In this document: positions 58,948 through 64,000 of the stretch, piece by piece
Position numbering within the stretch: the first letter of the stretch is position 1
Layout: every line of letters begins with the position of its first letter
Source of the DNA: Candidatus Bathyarchaeia archaeon
GTDB lineage: Archaea > Thermoproteota > Bathyarchaeia > Bathyarchaeales > Bathycorpusculaceae
Length of the DNA: 64,000 nt
Reading direction: 5' to 3'
Assembly (NCBI GenBank): GCA_050010515.1
Contig: JBEKKX010000007.1
Location: 1 to 64,000, forward strand
Translations under genes and position numbers: made by a program
The notes under the pieces: generated by a model
What the model was told of the DNA's origin: nothing
What the model saw: only the letters and a program-made list of their open reading frames with translations
Databases searched by the model: none

Positions 58948-61191
58948 ATGGCGAATACCTTGAAGATTGCAGAGTTGCCCGTTCCAGAACAAGTCAAAGA
59001 AATACTGCTTAACTTGGGAATTACAGAGTTGTTTCCGCCTCAAGAAGAAACCATACGGGCAGGAGTGCTAGACGGCAAAAACATTGTTTTAGCTAGCCCA
59101 ACCGCTTCGGGCAAAACTTTGATTGCTGAACTCTGCGCTCTCAAGCATGTGCTGGAGAAAAATGGCAAAGTAATTTACCTCTCGCCGCTCCGAGCCTTGG
59201 CAAGTGAAAAGTTTGAGGAATTCAGAAAATACTCATCTATCAGGAAGGCGGATGGCAGAAAAGTTGCTGTTGGCATTAGCACGGGCGACTTTGACACTGC
59301 TGACAATTGGCTTGAACGCTATAATATTATTGTTTGTACTAATGAGAAGGCTGATTCGCTTCTGCGGCACCGTGCCAAATGGATGGATGACATCTCGCTG
59401 GTTGTGGCGGATGAGGTTCACCTTTTAAACGATGCGGGGCGTGGTCCAACTCTTGAGGTGGTGTTGGCTAGGTTGCTGCAGGTTAATCCTGACATTCAGG
59501 TTTTAGCGTTAAGCGCCACAATAAACAACGTGGACGAAATCGCATCATGGTTGAAAGCCAACTACGTCGTGACTGAGTGGCGTCCAGTCTTGCTTAAGGA
59601 AGGCGTGATTTTGAATGAGGAAATCCAGTACAGGGATGGTGACGCAAGAAAAATAGAAAAGAAAACGCGCTACCCCACCGTAAACCTTGTTTTAAACACG
59701 CTAAAGACTGGTGGGCAAGCCCTCGTTTTTGCTTCAACAAGAAAAAACTCTGTTTCAGCCGCAAAAACCATTGCCCAACACACAAACGAAGTCTTATCCA
59801 AGCCTATGAAGCGAACGCTGGAGCATGAAGCAGAAAAAATCCTGTCTGCAGGCGAGCGGACCCAAATCAGCGAAACCCTCGCTGAGCTTGTTCGGTGCGG
59901 CACAGCTTTTCACCATGCCGGCTTAGTAGGGGTACATCGTAAGCTGATTGAGGATTCGTTTAAGGAGGGAAAAATCAAAGTGTTGACTGCCACGCCTACG
60001 TTAGCGTTCGGTGTTAACCTTCCTGCACGCACGGTTATTATTCAGGATTACAGGCGTTTTGAGCCAGGCTATGGGAATTACCCGATCAGTGTGTTGGAGT
60101 ATAAGCAAATGGCGGGCAGGGCTGGGAGACCAAAATATGACAAGGTAGGCGAATCGATTCTTATCGCCAAAACCTCGGATGAAGCTGACTATTTGATGGA
60201 AGGCTATGTTTTGGCTAAGCCTGAGCGGATTTGGTCTAGGCTGGGGGTTGAAAAAATAATCCGAGGACACGTGTTGGCCACTGTCGCTTCAGATTTTGCT
60301 CATTCAGAGAATGGTATTTACGAGTTCTTCGGCAAAACCTTCTACGCTTACCAATACGACGTGAAAGCAATCAAGGGCATCATTGGTAAAATCCTAAAGT
60401 ACCTCTATGACGAGCAAATGATTGATTTCAGCGGAGACAACATCTACGCAACAAAGTTTGGGAAACGAGTAAGCGAACTCTACATTGACCCACTCTCAGC
60501 AGTTGTAATCCGCGACGCACTAAGAAACAAACCTGCTTACCTAACAGATTTCGGTCTGCTTCATTTGATTTCTCACACCCCTGACATGGGGCCAGTAATG
60601 AGACCCTACGCACGAGAGTGTGATGCTTTGGCGGTTCAGCTTGAAGAGCACAAAGACGAATTGTTCACTGAAGTTCCAAACGAGTGGGGCGACCACTTTT
60701 CATACGAGGAGTTCCTTGGCGAAATCAAAACGGCGCTGGTGATGAAGAGTTGGATTGAGGAAGTCAGCGAAGAAAAACTCATTGAGCAGTTTAACGTACA
60801 ACCCGGCGACCTATATCGGACTATTGAGAATGCGAAGTGGCTGCTTCACGCCACAGATGAATTGGCTCAGCTTTTCAAGGAAAAAGAAGTTTTGCCGCTA
60901 ACTAACGAGCTGGTGGAGAGGGTTTCTAAAGGCATAAAGAAAGAGCTATTGCCCATTGTCCGGCTGGAAGGGGTGGGCAGAGTCCGCGGACGCATAATGT
61001 ATAACGCAGGATACCAAACCATCGAAGATATAAAGCATGCATCAGTTGAGGACTTGACTAATTTGCCGCTTGTGGGGCCAAGGTTGGCTAAGAAAATTAA
61101 GGAACAAGTCGGCGGATTCGTTAAAAAGGACACATGGGAAAAGCTTGACAAAGAGCAAGAATTTAAGCAAAGGGCGCTTTCAGATTTTTAG
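58948..61191 (+). CDS. hel308: Ski2-like DNA helicase Hel308
   Basis: PTASGKT, DEVH, SAT, HHAGL, QMAGRAGR and a C-terminal HhH. Confidence 0.95.
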   Translation: MANTLKIAELPVPEQVKEILLNLGITELFPPQEETIRAGVLDGKNIVLASPTASGKTLIAELCALKHVLEKNGKVIYLSPLRALASEKFEEFRKYSSIRKADGRKVAVGISTGDFDTADNWLERYNIIVCTNEKADSLLRHRAKWMDDISLVVADEVHLLNDAGRGPTLEVVLARLLQVNPDIQVLALSATINNVDEIASWLKANYVVTEWRPVLLKEGVILNEEIQYRDGDARKIEKKTRYPTVNLVLNTLKTGGQALVFASTRKNSVSAAKTIAQHTNEVLSKPMKRTLEHEAEKILSAGERTQISETLAELVRCGTAFHHAGLVGVHRKLIEDSFKEGKIKVLTATPTLAFGVNLPARTVIIQDYRRFEPGYGNYPISVLEYKQMAGRAGRPKYDKVGESILIAKTSDEADYLMEGYVLAKPERIWSRLGVEKIIRGHVLATVASDFAHSENGIYEFFGKTFYAYQYDVKAIKGIIGKILKYLYDEQMIDFSGDNIYATKFGKRVSELYIDPLSAVVIRDALRNKPAYLTDFGLLHLISHTPDMGPVMRPYARECDALAVQLEEHKDELFTEVPNEWGDHFSYEEFLGEIKTALVMKSWIEEVSEEKLIEQFNVQPGDLYRTIENAKWLLHATDELAQLFKEKEVLPLTNELVERVSKGIKKELLPIVRLEGVGRVRGRIMYNAGYQTIEDIKHASVEDLTNLPLVGPRLAKKIKEQVGGFVKKDTWEKLDKEQEFKQRALSDF

Positions 61192-62528
61192 TTCTTAGCT
61201 TTAGCAAATTTTTCAGCCTGTTTAACTGCCGTGCCCAAATAGTTCTTCGGGTTTAATGCTTCATCTATCTCTTTTTCGCTTAATTTGCTGCTTACGAATT
61301 TGTCTTGTAGGAGAACTTGCTTGAAGTCCCGCTTTTCCAGCGCACTTTGAATTGTCAGTTTCCTCAGTAACTCGTGTGCTTCTTGCCTGTTCACGCTTTT
61401 CTTTGTCAACGCCATCATTACGGCTTCCGACATGGCGCGTCCCTGCGTCAACGATAGATTCTGCAGCATCCGCTGGCTATCGACCCGCAGGTTAGCGATA
61501 ATATTGCACATTAAGTTGAGCATGTAATCAAGAAGAATATTCGATTCTGGCAGAATGAAGCGTTCAGCTGAGGATTGTGTTAAATCTCGCTCATTCCACG
61601 TAATCATGTCTTCCAACGCGGGAGTGCTGAGGCTTCGGACGATTCTGGCTAAACCGCAAACTCTCTCGCATGTTTCAGGGTTCTGTTTATGCGGCATCGT
61701 GGAGCTGCCGACCTGCTTGTTAGCTTCAAACGCCTCAGAGAGCTCGCCGATTTCGGGTCTTTGGAGTTCCCGTATCTCGGTTGCAAAATTCTCCAGCGAA
61801 GAAGCAACCATCGCGTAGGTGCATACAAGTTCAGCGTAACGGTCTCTCTGAACAATCTGGGTCGATATCTCTGCTGCATGAAGACCAAGCCGTTTCATTA
61901 CAAGCTCCTGAATCACCTCGGCATGCTCACCTAAACCAGCTTGCGTACCTACTGCGCCGCTTATTTTTCCCACTAAGACGCGTTTTTTGCACTCGTTTAA
62001 CCGTTCAATGTGCCTGTTAACCTCGTAGCCCCAAACCGCAAACTTAAAGCCCAAAGTAATCGGCAAGGCGTGTTGCCCGTGGGTTCTGCCGATCATTATC
62101 GTTCCTTTATGCTGAGCCGCTTGCTTTTTCAATATTTCCTTCAAATCGGATAGCTTTTTCTCGATAAGCCCTAAAGCATCCTTTAGCTGCAACGCGTTAG
62201 CTGTATCAACGATGTCGTAGCTTGTTGCACCCAAATGTACGTAGGCGCCGCTTGGACCACAAACCTCTGAGAGCGCACGAACAAGCGAGGCAATATCATG
62301 CTTTATCTCTTTTTCAATAGCTTTTACTCGTTCAACTTTAACGTGCTTGGTGGAAGCCATGGAGGCGATTTTTTCAGCGTCTTTCTTTGGAATATTGCCA
62401 ACTTCAGCATGGGCTAAAGCTAAGGCAGATTCAACATCAAGCAGTTTCTGAACTCGGGTTTCTTCTTCGAAGATTTTTAGCATCTCTGGCGTTCCGTAAC
62501 GACCAGTATCTATGGGTAGTATGGGCAA
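61188..62528 (-). CDS. purB: adenylosuccinate lyase
   Basis: HLGATSYD, GRTHGQHA, GSSTMPHKQNP. Confidence 0.95.
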   Translation of the reverse strand: MPILPIDTGRYGTPEMLKIFEEETRVQKLLDVESALALAHAEVGNIPKKDAEKIASMASTKHVKVERVKAIEKEIKHDIASLVRALSEVCGPSGAYVHLGATSYDIVDTANALQLKDALGLIEKKLSDLKEILKKQAAQHKGTIMIGRTHGQHALPITLGFKFAVWGYEVNRHIERLNECKKRVLVGKISGAVGTQAGLGEHAEVIQELVMKRLGLHAAEISTQIVQRDRYAELVCTYAMVASSLENFATEIRELQRPEIGELSEAFEANKQVGSSTMPHKQNPETCERVCGLARIVRSLSTPALEDMITWNERDLTQSSAERFILPESNILLDYMLNLMCNIIANLRVDSQRMLQNLSLTQGRAMSEAVMMALTKKSVNRQEAHELLRKLTIQSALEKRDFKQVLLQDKFVSSKLSEKEIDEALNPKNYLGTAVKQAEKFAKAKN

Positions 62529-62623
62529 GTTGGTGTTTCCTCAAAGTTAAGGATATACACATTAAAGATTAATGTTTTACCAATGCTATTGCAGAATGTA
62601 TGCAGTATTGAGTGTGTAAATGT

Positions 62624-64000
62624 ATGAAAGTAACTCTGGCAGTATTAGACAAACACGGCGATAATGTAGTTGACCGGGTTCTTGAAGTGCTCAGTGCGCT
62701 CGGTGATGGGCAGTTTTCACATTTTGGGTTAGTTTCACCGAAGAAGAGTGTTTTTGAGAAAAGCCTTGGCATTCTACGGAGACAGGGCTTAGGTTCATCA
62801 ACCTTAGTCGGCTATGTTTCCTCGAAACCTACTTCGGCGAGCGGTTATGAGTTTTTGCAGTTGGATGATGCAGCACTTGTTTTTGAAGGCAGAGTCTACT
62901 CGCCTATACCAAAAGCCGCTGTCATGGAACAGGTTGCCAAGGAACCGCTCCATTGCGAAACACTCCTGCAAACACTAATCGCGAACGCGGATGGCGATTA
63001 TTCGTTTCTAATGCTAAAAGACAGTTGGATTGCGGCTGGAAGAGACCCAGTTGGAGTTCAACCGCTCTATTACGGGGAAAACCAAAGCGTTGCCGCCATT
63101 GCTACAAACCGAAAAGCATTATGGAAACTGGAAATAGAAAACCCCATATCTTTTCCGCCAGGAAACATAGTCTTTGTGAATCGTGAGGGCTTCCAGTTCA
63201 AACCCGTCAAAACGCCAACTTACACAGAGCCTACGCCGATAACGTTGGATGAGGCAGCAAAGAGGCTTCAAGCCCTTCTTGAAGAATCAATCCGCAGGCG
63301 CATACATGACGTGAAGGAGGTTGCGGTCGCGTTTTCAGGGGGATTAGACAGCAGCTTAGTCGCTTATTTGGCAAGTAAGCTTGGAGTGAAAGTTAACCTG
63401 CTTCACGTAAGCATGGAAAACCAAGCTGAAACCGAAGAAGCAATTGAGGCATCAAACGAATTGAATCTGCCCCTACAGGCGCATTTATTCAAGGATTCTG
63501 ACGTGGAAAAAACCTTGCCCAAAGCAGTAGCACTAATTGAGGAGCCTGACCCGATTAAAGCCAGCGTCGGCTTGCCGTTTTATTGGGCAGCAGAAAAAGC
63601 GGCTGAAGCAGGCTTCCGGGTGATGTTGGCTGGGCAGGGTGCGGATGAACTGTTCGGAGGCTACCAACGCTACGTCAACGAGTACTGCAAAGAGGGAAGC
63701 GAAAAAGTCCGAAAAACAATGTTCAACGATGTGGTTAGGATTCATGAGAGCAATCTTGAGCGCGACCTCAAAATCACCGCTTTCCATGATGTGGAACTGC
63801 GTTTGCCCTTTGCATCATTTGAGCTTGCAGAGTTTGCATTAAGCTTACCGATTGAGTGCAAAATGGAACAGAAACCCGACACTCTACGAAAGCTCGTTTT
63901 AAGAAAGGTCGCGTTGAACGCTGGCATGCATAGCTCAATGGTGGATAAACCCAAGAAAGCAGTGCAGTACTCTACCGGCATAAACAATGCGATAAAAAGA
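62624..64000 (+). CDS. asparagine synthase-family protein (runs off window)
   Basis: Hand translation: RDPVGVQPLYY, AFSGGLDSS, GQGADELFGGY; absent from the ORF track, consistent with no stop inside the window. Confidence 0.85.
   Translation, partial: MKVTLAVLDKHGDNVVDRVLEVLSALGDGQFSHFGLVSPKKSVFEKSLGILRRQGLGSSTLVGYVSSKPTSASGYEFLQLDDAALVFEGRVYSPIPKAAVMEQVAKEPLHCETLLQTLIANADGDYSFLMLKDSWIAAGRDPVGVQPLYYGENQSVAAIATNRKALWKLEIENPISFPPGNIVFVNREGFQFKPVKTPTYTEPTPITLDEAAKRLQALLEESIRRRIHDVKEVAVAFSGGLDSSLVAYLASKLGVKVNLLHVSMENQAETEEAIEASNELNLPLQAHLFKDSDVEKTLPKAVALIEEPDPIKASVGLPFYWAAEKAAEAGFRVMLAGQGADELFGGYQRYVNEYCKEGSEKVRKTMFNDVVRIHESNLERDLKITAFHDVELRLPFASFELAEFALSLPIECKMEQKPDTLRKLVLRKVALNAGMHSSMVDKPKKAVQYSTGINNAIKR

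Noticed and set aside
1-64000. Numerous antisense and nested ORFs in the track (e.g. 33248-33730, 35050-35517, 47413-47880, 56244-56690)
   Set aside because: They are shadow frames of well-supported genes.

Overview
This 64 kb window is archaeal chromosome, most likely Bathyarchaeia (TACK lineage). The inference rests on rps25e, rps26e, rps3ae, rps17e, a single HMf-type histone, Alba, class I LysRS, thermosome, CofD, Hel308 and tetraether synthase. Most of the window is housekeeping genes, plus a glycosylation cluster (46.5-53.6 kb) and an Fe-S/sulfur cluster (53.6-56.8 kb). The outstanding region is a tRNA-Arg(GCG) integration hotspot at 15.6-22.9 kb. A 5576-bp element is bounded by a 44-bp repeat of the tRNA 3' half, and its SSV1-type integrase is split into Int(N) and Int(C). 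The element has no recognisable replication or virion genes. It carries three clusters of a CACGGTG-N6-CACCGTR palindrome that separate its cargo modules (AbrB-like gene plus PD-(D/E)XK nuclease; frameshifted surface protein; HNH nuclease). It also carries an RHH gene followed after 1 nt by an unusual tRNA with an Arg-like body, a Ser GCU anticodon and a short variable loop. A separate duplication of the tRNA 5' end brackets a PQQ-propeller gene. Other notable items are an AT-rich HD-dNTPase plus YwgA/Panacea-like gene pair, rpoK with an ACG start, a divergent NifS, and TrpY-type TRP boxes. All calls are from reading the sequence and ORF track; no searches were run.
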